Source: the human T2T-CHM13v2.0 reference genome, Homo sapiens
Assembly (NCBI RefSeq): GCF_009914755.1
Contig: NC_060927.1
Strand: one strand, 5' to 3'
DNA length: 64,000 bases
Part shown: one piece after another, positions 49,631 to 63,800 of the stretch
How positions within the stretch are numbered: the first letter of the stretch is position 1
How the letters are laid out: every line of letters starts with the position of its first letter
Notes under the pieces: generated by a model
The model's database searches: none
What the model saw: only the letters and a program-made list of their open reading frames with translations
Told to the model about the DNA's origin: nothing
Position numbers and translations under genes: made by a program

Positions 49631-52600
49631 ACTGTACATGAAATATCAAAGTTCACAACTATATATTATATACTGTACATAAAATATCAAAGTCCCCAAG
49701 GTATATATTCTATACTGTACAAAAAATATCAAAGTACACAAAGCATGTATTATATACTGTACATAAAATATGAAATTACATCAAATATATATTATATTAG
49801 GTACATAAAATATGAAAGTACATCAAATATAGATTATATACTGTACATAAAATATCAAAGTACCCCAAATATATATTATATACTGTACATGTAATATCAA
49901 AGTTCACAACTATATATTACATACTGTACATAAAATATCAAAGTACCCAAGGTATATATTCTATACTGTACAAAAAATATCAAAGTACCCAAAGCATGTA
50001 TTATATACTGTACATAAAATATGAAAGTACATCAAATATATATTTTATTCTGTACATAAAATATCAAAGTACACCAGATATATATTCTATAGTGTATATA
50101 AAATATCAAAGTACCCAAACTATACATTATATACTGTACATAAAATATGAAATTACATCAAATATATATTATATTAGGTACATAAAATATGAAAGTACAT
50201 GAAGTATAGATTATATACTGTACATAAAATATCAAAGTACCCCAAATTTATATTATATACTATACATGAAATATCAAAGTTCACAAACTATATATTATAT
50301 ACTGTACATAAAATATCAAAGTACCCAAGGTATATATTCTATAGTGTACAAAAAATATCAAAGTACCCAAAGCATGTATTATATACCGTACATAAAATAT
50401 AAAATTACATCAAATATATATTTTATTCTGTACATAAAATATCAAAGTACACCAGATATATATTCTATAGAGTACATAAAATATCAAAGTACCCAAAGTA
50501 TACATTACATACTGTACATAAAATATGAAATTATATCAAATATATATTATAATAGGTACATAAAATATGAAAGTACATCAAATATAGATTATATACTGTA
50601 CATTAAATACGAAAGTACCCCAAATATATATTTTATACTGTACATGAAATATCAAAGTACCCAAGGTATATATTCTATACTGTACAAAAAATATCAAAGT
50701 ACCCAAAGCATGTATTACAAACTGTACATAAAATATGAAAGTCCATCAAATATATATTTTATTCTGTACATAAAATATCAAAGTACACCAGATATATATT
50801 CTATAGTGTACATAAAATATCAAAGTACCCAAACTATACATTATATACTGTACATAAAATATGAAATTACATCAAATATATATTATATTAGGTACATAAA
50901 ATATGAAAGTACATCAAATATAGATTATATACTGTACATTAAGTACCAAAGTACCCCAAATATATATTTTATACAGTACATGAAATATCAAAGTTCACAA
51001 ACTATATATTATATACTGTACATAAAATATCAAAGTACCCAAGGTATATATTCTATACTGTACAAAAGATATCAAAGTACCCAAAGCATGTATTATATAC
51101 TGTACATAAAATATGAAAGTACATCATATATATATTTTATTCTCTACATAAAATATTAAAGTACACCAGATATATATTCTATAGTGTACATAAAATATCA
51201 AAGTACCCAAACTATACATTATATACTGTACATAAAATATGAAATTACATCAAATATATATTAAGTACATAAAATATGAAAGTACATCAAATATAGATTA
51301 TATACTGTACATAAAATATCAATGTACACCAAATATATATTATATACTCTACATGAAATATCAAAGTTCACAAACTATATATTATATACTGTCCATAAAA
51401 TATCAAAGTACCCAAGGTATATATTCTATACTGTACAAAAAATATCAAAGTACCCAAAGCATGTATTATATACTGTACCTAAAATATGAAAGTACATCAA
51501 ATATATATTTTATTCTGTACATAAAATATCAAAGTACACCAGATATATATTCTATAGTGTATATAAAATATCAAAGTACCCAAACTATACATTATATACT
51601 GTACATAAAATATGAAATTACATCAAATATATATTATATTAGGTACATAAAATATGAAAGTACATGAAGTATAGATTATATACTGTACATAAAATATCAA
51701 AGTACCCCAAATTTATATTATATACTATACATGAAATATCAAAGTTCACAAACTATATATTATATACTGTACATAAAATATCAAAGTACCCAAGGTATAT
51801 ATTCTATAGTGTACAAAAAATATCAAAGTACCCAAAGCATGTATTATATACCGTACATAAAATATAAAATTACATCAAATATATATTTTATTCTGTACAT
51901 AAAATATCAAAGTACACCAGATATATATACTATAGTGTACATAAAATATCAAAGTACCCAAACTATACATTATACACTGCACATAAAATATGAAATTACA
52001 TCAAATATATATTAGGTACATAAAATATGAAAGTACATCAAATATAGATTATATACTGTAAATATAATATCAATGTACCCCAAATATATATTTTATACTC
52101 TACATGAAATATCAAAGTTCACAAACCATATATTATATACTGTACATAAAATATCAAAGTACCCAAGGTATATATTCTATACTGTACAAAAAATATCAAA
52201 GTACCCAAAGCATGTATTATATACTGTACATAAAATATGAAAGTACATCAAATATATAGTTTATTCTATACATAAAATATCAAAGTACACCAGATATATA
52301 TTCTACAGTGTACATAAAATATCAAAGTACCCAAACTATACATTATATACTGTACATAAAATATGAAATTACATCAAATATATTTTATATTAGGTACATA
52401 AAATATGAAAGTACATCAAATATAGATTATATACTGTACATAAAATATCAAAGTACCCCAAATATATATTATATACTCTACATGAAACATCAAAGTTCAC
52501 AAACTATATATTATATACTGTACATAAAATATCAAAGTACCCAAGGTATATATTCTATACTGTACAAAAAATATCAAAGTACCCAAAGCATGTATAACAA

Positions 52601-53749
52601 ACTGTACCTAAAATATGAAAGTACATCAAATATATATTTTATTCTGTACATAAAATATCAAAGTACACCAGATATATATTCTATAGTGTACATAAAATAT
52701 CAAAGTACCCAAACTATACATTATATACTGTACATAAAATATGAAATTACAGCAAATATATATTATATTAGGTACATAAAATATGAAAGTACATCAAATA
52801 TAGATTATATACTGTACATTAAATACCAAAGTACCCCAAATATATATTTTATACTGTACATGAAATATCAAAGTTCACAAACTATATATTATATACTGTA
52901 CATAAAATATCAATGTACCCAAGGTATATATTCTATACTGCACAAAAAATATCAAAGTACCCAAAGCATGTATTATATACTGTATATAAAATATGAAAGT
53001 ACATCAAATATATATTTTATTCTGTACATAAAATATCAAAGTACACCAGATATATATTCTATAGTGTACATAAAATAACAAAGTACACAAACTATAAATT
53101 ATATACTGTACATAAAATATGAAATTACATCAAATATATATTAGGTACATAAAATATGAAAGTACATCAAATATAGATTATATACTGTACATATAATATC
53201 AATGTATCTGAAATATATATTTTATACTCTACATGAAATATCAAAGTTCACAAACCATATATTGTATACTGCACATAAAATATCAAAATACCCAAGGTAT
53301 ATATTCTATACTGTACAAAAAATATCAAAGTACCCAAAGCAGGTATTATATACTGTAAATAAAATATTAAAGTACATCAAATATATATTTTATTCTGTAC
53401 ATAAAATAACAAAGTACACCAGATATATATTCTATAGCGTACATAAAATATCAAAGTACACAAACTATACATTATATACTGTACATAAAATATGAAATTA
53501 CATCAAATATATATTATATTAGGTACATAAAATATGAAAGTACATCAAATATAGATTATATACTGTACATTAAATACCAAAGTACCCCAAATATATATTT
53601 TATACTGTACATGAAATTTCAAAGTTCACAAACTATATATTATATACTGTACATAAAATATCAAAGTACCCAAGGTATATATTCTATACTGTGCAAAAAA
53701 TATCAAAGTACCCAAAGCATGTATTATATACTGTATATAAAATATGAAA

Positions 53750-56700
53750 GTACATCAAATATATATTTTATTCTGTACATAAAATATCAAAGTACACCAG
53801 ATATATATTCTATAGTGTACATAAAATATCAAAGTACCCAAACTATACATTATATACTGTACATAAAATATGAAATTACATCAAATATATATTATATTAG
53901 GTACATAAAATACGAAAGTACATCAAATATAGATTATATACTGTACATAAAATATCAAAGTACCCCAATATATATTATATACTGTACATGAAATATCAAA
54001 GTTCACAAACTATATATTATATACTGTACATAAAATATCAAAGTACCCAAGGTATATATTCTATAGTGTAGAAAAAATATCAAAGTACCCAAAGCATGTA
54101 TTATATACCGTACATAAAATATAAAATTACATCAAATATATATTTTATTCTGTACATAAAATATCAAAGTACACCAGATATATATACTATAGTGTACATA
54201 AAATATCAAAGTACCCAAACTATACATTATACACTGTACATAAAATATGAAATTACATCAAATATATATTCGGTACATAAAATATGAAAGTACATCAAAT
54301 ATAGATTATATACTGTAAATATAATATCAATGTACCCCAAATATATATTTTATACTCTACATGAAATATCAAAGTTCACAAACCATATATTATATACTGT
54401 ACATAAAATATCAAAGTACCCAAGGTATATATTCTATACTGTACAAAAAATATCAAAGTACCCAAAGCATGTATTATATACTGTACATAAAATATGAAAG
54501 TACATCAAATATATATTTTATTCTGTACATAAAATATCAAAGTACACCAGATATATATTCTATAGTGTACATAAAATATCAAAGTACCCAAACTATACAT
54601 TATATACTGTACATAAAATATGAAATTACATCAAATATATATTATATTAGGTACATGAAATATGAAAGTACATCAAATATAGATTATATACTGTACATAA
54701 AATATGAAAGTACCGCAAATATATATTATATACTCTACATGAAATATCAAAGTTCACAAACTATATATTATATACTGTACATAAAATATCAAAGTACCCA
54801 AGGTATATATTCTATACTGTACAAAAAATATCAAAGTATCCAAAGCATGTATTATATACTGTATATAAAATATGAAAGTACATCAAATATATATTTTATT
54901 CTGTACATAAAATATCAAAGTACACCAGATATATATTCTATAGTGTACATAAAATATCAAAGTACCCAAGCTATACATTATATACTGTACATAAAATATG
55001 AAATTACAGCAAATATATATTATATTAGGTACATAAAATATGAAAGTACATCAAATATAGATTATATACTGTACATTAAATACCAAAGTACCCCAAATAT
55101 ATATTTTATACTGTACATGAAATATCAAAGTTCACAAACTATATATTATATACTGTACATAAAATATCAATGTACCCAAGGTATATATTCTATACTGCAC
55201 AAAAAATATCAAAGTACCCAAAGCATGTATTATATACTGTATATAAAATATGAAAGTACATCAAATATATATTTTATTCTGTACATAAAATATCAAAGTA
55301 CACCAGATATATATTCTAATGTGTACATAAAATATCAAAATACCCAAACTATACATTATATACTGTACATAAAATATGAAATTACATCAAATATATATTA
55401 TATTAGGTACATAAAATACGAAAGCACATCAAATATAGATTATATACTGTACATAAAATATCAAAGTACCCCAAGATATGTTATATACTGTACATGAAAT
55501 ATCAAAGTTCACAAACTATATATTATGTACTGTACATAAAATATCAAAGTACCCAAGGTATATATTCTATACTGTACAAAAAATATCAAAGTACCCAAAG
55601 CATGTATTATATAATGTACATAAAATATGGAAGTACATCAAATATATATTTTATTCTGTACATAAAATATCAAAGAACACCAGACATATATTCTATAGTG
55701 TACATAAAATATCAAAGTACCCAAACTATACATTATATACTGTACATAAAATATGAAATTACATCATATATATATTAGGTACATAAAATATGAAAGTACA
55801 TCAAATATATATTTTATTCTGTACATAAAATATCAAAGTACACCAGATATATATTCTATAGTGTACATAAAATAACAAAGTACACAAACTATAAATTATA
55901 TACTGTACATAAAATATGAAATTACATCAAATATATATTAGGTACATAAAATATGAAAGTACATCAAATATAGATTATATACTGTACATATAATATCAAT
56001 GTACCCGAAATATATATTTTATACTCTACATGAAATATCAAAGTTCACAAACCATATATTGTATACTGCACATAAAATATCAAAATACCCAATGTATATA
56101 TTCTATACTGTACAAAAAATATCAAAGTACCCAAAGCAGGTATTATATACTGTACATAAAATATGAAAGTACATCAAATATATATTTTATTCTGTACATA
56201 AAATATCAAAGTACACCAGATATATATTCTATAGTGTACATAAAATATCAAAGTACCCAAACTATACATTATATACTGTACATAAAATATGAAATTACAT
56301 CAAATATATATTATATTAGGTACATAAAATACAAAAGTACATCAAATATAGATTATATACTGTACATAAAATATCAAAGTACCCCAATATATATTATATA
56401 CTGTATATGAAATATCAAAGTTCACAAACTATATATTATATACTGTACATAAAATATCAAAGTACCCAAGGTATATATTCTATACTGTACAAAAAATATC
56501 AAAGTACCCAAAGCATGTATTATATACCGTACATAAAATATAAAATTACATCAAATATATATTTTATTCTGTACATAAAATATCAAAGTACACCAGATAT
56601 ATATTCTATAGTGTACATAAAATATCAAAGTACCCAAACTATACATTATACACTGTACATAAAATATGAAATTACATCAAATATATATTCGGTACATAAA

Positions 56701-58650
56701 ATATGAAAGTACATCAAATATAGATTATATACTGTAAATATAATATCAATGTACCCCAAATATATATTTTATACTCTACATGAAATATCAAAGTTCACAA
56801 ACCATATATTATATACTGTACATAAAATATCAAAGTACCCAAGGTATATATTCTATACTGTACAAAAAATATCAAAGTACCCAAAGCATGTATTATATAC
56901 TGTACATAAAATATGAAAGTACATCAAATATATATTTTATTCTGTACATAAAATATCAAAGTACACCAGATTTATATTCTATAGTGTACATAAAATATCA
57001 AAGTACCCAAACTATACATTATATACTGTACATAAAATATGAAATTACATCAAATATATATTATATTAGGTACATGAAATATGAAAGAACATCAAATATA
57101 GATTATATACTGTACATAAAATATGAAAGTACCCCAAATATATATTATATACTCTACATGAAATATCAAAGTTCACCAACTATATATTATATACTGTACA
57201 TAAAATATCAAAGTACCCAAGGTATATATTCTATACTGTACAAAAAATATCAAAGTATCCAAAGCATGTATTATATACTGTATATAAAATATGAAAGTAC
57301 ATCAAATATATATTTTATTCTGTACATAAAATATCAAAGTACACCAGATATATATTCTATAGTGTACATAAAATATCAAAGTCCTCAAACTATACATTAT
57401 ATACTGTACATAAAATATGAAATTACAGCAAATATATATTATATTAGGTACATAAAATATGAAAGTACATCAAATATAGATTATATACTGTACATTAAAT
57501 ACCAAAGTACCCCAAATATATATTTTATACTGTACATGAAATATCAAAGTTCACAAACTATATATTATATACTGTACATAAAATATCAATGTACCCAAGG
57601 TATATATACTATACTGCACAAAAAATGTCAAAGTACCCAAAGCATGTATTATATACTGTATATAAAATATGAAAGTACATCAAATATATATTTTATTCTG
57701 TACATAAAATATAAAAGTACACCAGATATATATTCTATAGTGTACATAAAATATCAAAGTACCCAAACTATACATTATATACTGTACATAAAATATGAAA
57801 TTACATCAAATATATATTATATTAGGTACATAAAATACGAAAGTACATCAAATATAGATTATATACTGTACATAAAATATCAAAGTACCCCAATATATAT
57901 TATATACTGTACATGAAATATCAAAGTTCACAAACTATATATTATGTACTGTACATAAAATATCAAAGTACCCAAGGTATATATTCTATACTGTACAAAA
58001 AATATCAAAGTACCCAAAGCATGTATTATATAATGTACATAAAATATGAAAGTACATCAAATATATATTTTATTCTGTACATAAAATATCAAAGAACACC
58101 AGATATATATTCTATAGTGTACATAAAATATCAAAGTACCCAAACTATACATTATATACTGTACATAAAATATGAAATTACATCATATATATATTAGGTA
58201 CATAAAATATGAAAGTACATCAAATATATATTTTATTCTGTACATAAAATATCAAAGTACACCAGATATATATTCTATAGTGTACATAAAATAACAAAGT
58301 ACACAAACTATAAATTATATACTGTACATAAAATATGAAATTACATCAAATATATATTAGGTACATAAAATATGAAAGTACATCAAATATAGATTATATA
58401 CTGTACATATAATATCAATGTACCCGAAATATATATTTTATACTCTACATGAAATATCAAAGTTCACAAACCATATATTGTATACTGCACATAAAATATC
58501 AAAATACCCAAGGTATATATTCTATACTGTACAAAAAATATCAAAGTACCCAAAGCAGGTATTATATACTGTACATAAAATATGAAAGTACATCAAATAT
58601 ATATTTTATTCTGTACATAAAATATCAAAGTACACCAGATATATATTCTA
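53750..58650 (+). repeat. 2419-bp tandem duplication
   Basis: ORF pairs 54361/56780, 55494/57913, 56030/58449. Private marker ATATTCGGTAC at about 54270 and 56689. Unit lengths 378+378+377+536+377+373 = 2419. Confidence 0.88.
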
Positions 58651-58999
58651 TAGCGTACATAAAATATCAAAGTACACAAACTATACATTATATACTGTAC
58701 ATAAAATATGAAATTACATCAAATATATATTATATTAGGTACATAAAATATGAAAGTACATCAAATATAGATTATATACTGTAAATATAATATCAATGTA
58801 CCCAAATATATATTTTATACTCTACATGAAATATCAAAGTTCACAAACCATATATTATATACTGTACATAAAATATCAAAGTACCCAAGGTATATATTCT
58901 AAACTGTACAAAAAATATCAAAGTACCCAAAGCATGTATTATATACTGTACATAAAATATGAAAGTACATCAAATATATATTTTATTCTGTACATAAAA

Positions 59000-60870
59000 T
59001 ATCAAAGTACACCAGATATATATTCTATAGTGTACATAAAATATCAAAGTACCCAAACTATACATTATATACTGTACATAAAATATGAAATTACATCAAA
59101 TATATATTATATTAGGTAAATGAAATATGAAAGTACATCAAATATAGATTATATACTGTACATAAAATATGAAAGTACCCCAAATATATATTATATACTC
59201 TACATGAAATATCAAAGTTCACAAACTATATATTATATACTGTACATAAAATATCAAAGTACCCAAGGTATATATTCTATACTGTACAAAAAATATCAAA
59301 GTATCCAAAGCATGTATTATATACTGTATATAAAATATGAAAGTACATCAAATATATATTTTATTCTGTACATAAAATATCAAAGTACACCAGATATATA
59401 TTCTATAGTGTACATAAAATATCAAAGTACCCAAACTATACATTATATACTGTACATAAAATATGAAATTACATCAAATATATATTATATTAGGTACATA
59501 AAATACAAAAGTACATCAAATATAGATTATATACTGTACATAAAATATGAAAGTACCCCAATATATATTATATACTCTACATGAAATATCAAAGTTCACA
59601 AACTATATATTATGTACTGTACATAAAATATCAAACTACCCAAGGTATATATTCTATACTGTACAAAAAATATCAAAGTACCCAAAGCATGTATTATATA
59701 ATGTACATAAAATATGAAAGTACATCAAATATATATTTTATTCTGTACATAAAATATCAAAGAACACCAGATATATATTCTATAGTGTACATAAAATATC
59801 AAAGTACCCAAACTATACATTATATACTGTACATAAAATATGAAATTACAGCAAATATATATTATATTAGGTACATAAAATATGAAAGTACATCAAATAT
59901 AGATTATATACTGTAGATTAAATACCAAAGTACCCCAAATATATATTTTATACTGTACATGAAATATCAAAGTTCACAAACTATATATTATATACTGTAC
60001 ATAAAATATCAATGTACCCAAGGTATATATTCTATACTGCACAAAAAATATCAAAGTACCCAAAGCATGTATTATATACTGTATATAAAATATGAAAGTA
60101 CATCAAATATATATTTTATTCTGTACATAAAATATCAAAGTACACCAGATATATATTCTATAGTGTACATAAAATAACAAAGTACACAAACTATAAATTA
60201 TATCCTGTACATAAAATATGAAATTACATCAAGTATATATTAGGTACATAAAATATGAAAGTACATCAAATATAGATTATATACTGTACATTAAGTACCA
60301 AAGTACACCAAATATGTATTTTATTCTGCACATAAAATATCAAAGTACACCAGATATATATTCTATAGTGTACATAAAATATCAAGGTACCCAAACTATA
60401 CATTATATACTGTACATAAAATATGAAATTACATCAAATATATATTATATTAGGTAAATGAAATATGAAAGTACATCAAATATAGATTATATACTGTACA
60501 TGAAATATGAAAGTACCCCAAATATATATTATATACTCTACATGAAATATCAAAGTTCACAAACTATATATTATATACTGTACATAAAATATCAAAGTAC
60601 CCAAGGTATATATTCTATACTGTACAAAAAATATCAAAGTATCCAAAGCATGTATTATATACTGTATATAAAATATGAAAGTACATCAAATATATATTTT
60701 ATTCTGTACATAAAATATCAAAGTACACCAGATATATATTCTATAGTGTACATAAAATATCAAAGTACCCAAACTATACATTATATACTGTACATAAAAT
60801 ATGAAATTACAGCAAATATATATTATATTAGGTACATAAAATATGAAAGTACATCAAATATAGATTATAT
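59000..60870 (+). repeat. Long-range copy of about 13500-15330 (offset 45537)
   Basis: ORF pairs 13583/59120, 14044/59581, 14681/60218, 14921/60458. Markers TAGGTAAATGA, CAAACTACCC, TATCCTGTAC. Confidence 0.82.
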
Positions 60871-63800
60871 ACTGTAAATATAATATCAATGTACCCCAAA
60901 TATATATTTTATACTCTACATGAAATATCAAAGTTCACAAACCATATATTATATACTGTACATAAAATATCAAAGTACCCAAGGTATATATTCTATACTG
61001 TACAAAAAATATCAAAGTACCCAAAGCATGTATTATATACTGTACATAAAATATGAAAGTACATCAAATATATATTTTATTCTGTACATAAAATATCAAA
61101 GTACACCAGATATATATTCTATAGTGTACATAAAATATCAAAGTACCCAAACTATACATTATATACTGTACATAAAATATGAAATTACATCAAATATATA
61201 TTATATTAGGTAAATGAAATATGAAAGTACATCAAATATAGATTATATACTGTACATAAAATATGAAAGTACCCCAAATATATATTATATACTCTACATG
61301 AAATATCAAAGTTCACAAACTATATATTATATACTGTCCATAAAATATCAAAGTACCCAAGGTATATATTTTATACTGTACAAAAAATATCAAAGTACCC
61401 AAAGCATGTATTATATACTATACCTAAAATATGAAAGTACATCAAATATATATTTTATTCTGTACATAAAATATCAAAGTACACCAGATATATATTCTAA
61501 TGTGTACATAAAATATCAAAGTACCCAAACTATACATTATACACTGCACATAAAATATGAAATTACATCAAATATATATTAGGTACATAAAATATGAAAG
61601 TACATCAAATATAGATTATATACTGTACATATAATATCAATGTACCCCAAATATATATTTTATACTCTACATGAAATATCAAAGTTCACAAACCATATAT
61701 TATATACTGTACATAAAATATCAAAGTACCCAAGGTATATATTCTATACTGTACAAAAAATATCAAAGTACCCAAAGCATGTATTATATACTGTACATAA
61801 AATATGAAAGTACATCAAATATATATTTTATTCTGTACATAAAATATCAAAGTACACCAGATATATATTCTATAGTGTACATAAAATAACAAAGTACACA
61901 AACTATAAATTATATCCTGTACATAAAATATGAAATTACATCAAATATATATTAGGTACATAAAATATGAAAGTACATCAAATATAGATTATATACTGTA
62001 CATTAAGTGCCAAAGTACACCAAATATATATTTTATTCTGTACATAAAATATCAAAGTACACCAGATATATATTCTATAGTGTACATAAAATATCAAAGT
62101 ACCCAAACTATACATTATATACTGTACATAAAATATGAAATTACAGCAAATATATATTATATTAGGTACATAAAATATGAAAGTACATCAAATATAGATT
62201 ATATACTCTACATTAAATACCAAAGTACCCCAAATATATATTTTATACTGTACATGAAATATCAAAGTTCACAAACTATATATTATATACTGTACATAAA
62301 ATATCAATGTACCCAAGGTATATATTCTATACTGCACAAAAAATATCAAAGTACCCAAAGCATGTATTATATACTGTATATAAAATATGAAAGTACATCA
62401 AATATATATTTTATTCTGTACATAAAATATCAAAGTACACCAGATATATATTCTATAGTGTACATAAAATATCAAAGTACCCAAACTATACATTATATAC
62501 TGTACATAAAATATGAAATTACATCAAATATATATTATATTAGGTACATAAAATACGAAAGTACATCAAATATAGATTATATACTGTACATAAAATATGA
62601 AAGTACCCCAATATATATTATATACTCTACATGAAATATCAAAGTTCACAAACTATATATTATGTACTGTACATAAAATATCAAAGTACCCAAGGTATAT
62701 ATTCTATACTGTACAAAAAATATCAAAGTACCCAAAGCATGTATTATATAATGTACATAAAATATGAAAGTACATCAAATATATATTTTATTCTGTACAT
62801 AAAATATCAAAGAACACCAGATATATATTCTATAGTGTACATAAAATATCAAAGTACCCAAACTATACATTATATACTGTACATAAAATATGAAATTACC
62901 TCAAATATATATTATATTAGGTACATAAAATATGAAAGTACATCAAATATAGATTATATACTGTAAATATAATATCAATGTACCCCAAATATATATTTTA
63001 TACTCTACATGAAATATCAAAGTTCACAAACCATATATTATATACTCTACATAAAATATCAAAGTACCCAAGGTATATATTCTATACTGTACAAAAAATA
63101 TCAAAGTACCCAAAGCATGTATTATATACTGTACATAAAATATGAAAGTACATCAAATATATTTTTTATTCTGTACATAAAATATCAAAGTACACCAGAT
63201 ATATATTCTATAGTGTACATAAAATATCAAAGTACCCAAACTATACATTATATACTGTACATAAAATATGAAATTACATCAAATATATATTATATTAGGT
63301 ACATAAAATATGAAAGTACATCAAATATAGATTATATACTGTAAATATAATATCAATGTACCCCAAATATATATTTTATACTCTACATGAAATATCAAAG
63401 TTCACAAACCATATATTATATACTGTACATAAAATATCAAAGTACCCAAGGTATATATTCTATACTGTACAAAAAATATCAAAGTACCCAAAGCATGTAT
63501 TATATACTATACCTAAAATATGAAAGTACATCAAATATATATTTTATTCTGTACATAAAATATCAAAGTACACCAGATATATATTCTACAGTGTACATAA
63601 AATATCAAAGTACCCAAACTATACATTATATACTGTACATAAAATATGAAATTACATCAAATATATATTATATTAGGTACATAAAATACGAAAGTACATC
63701 AAATATAGCTTATATACTGTACATAAAATATCAAAGTACCCCAATATATATTATATACTGTACATGAAATATCAAAGTTCACAAACTATATATTATGTAC

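Noticed and set aside
188-63767. About 150 ORFs (63-423 aa) as protein-coding genes or a repeat-protein family
   Set aside because: They are translations of the 42/378-bp repeat. Their ends coincide with satellite indels and random stops, there is no unique domain, and the composition simply mirrors AT-rich codons.
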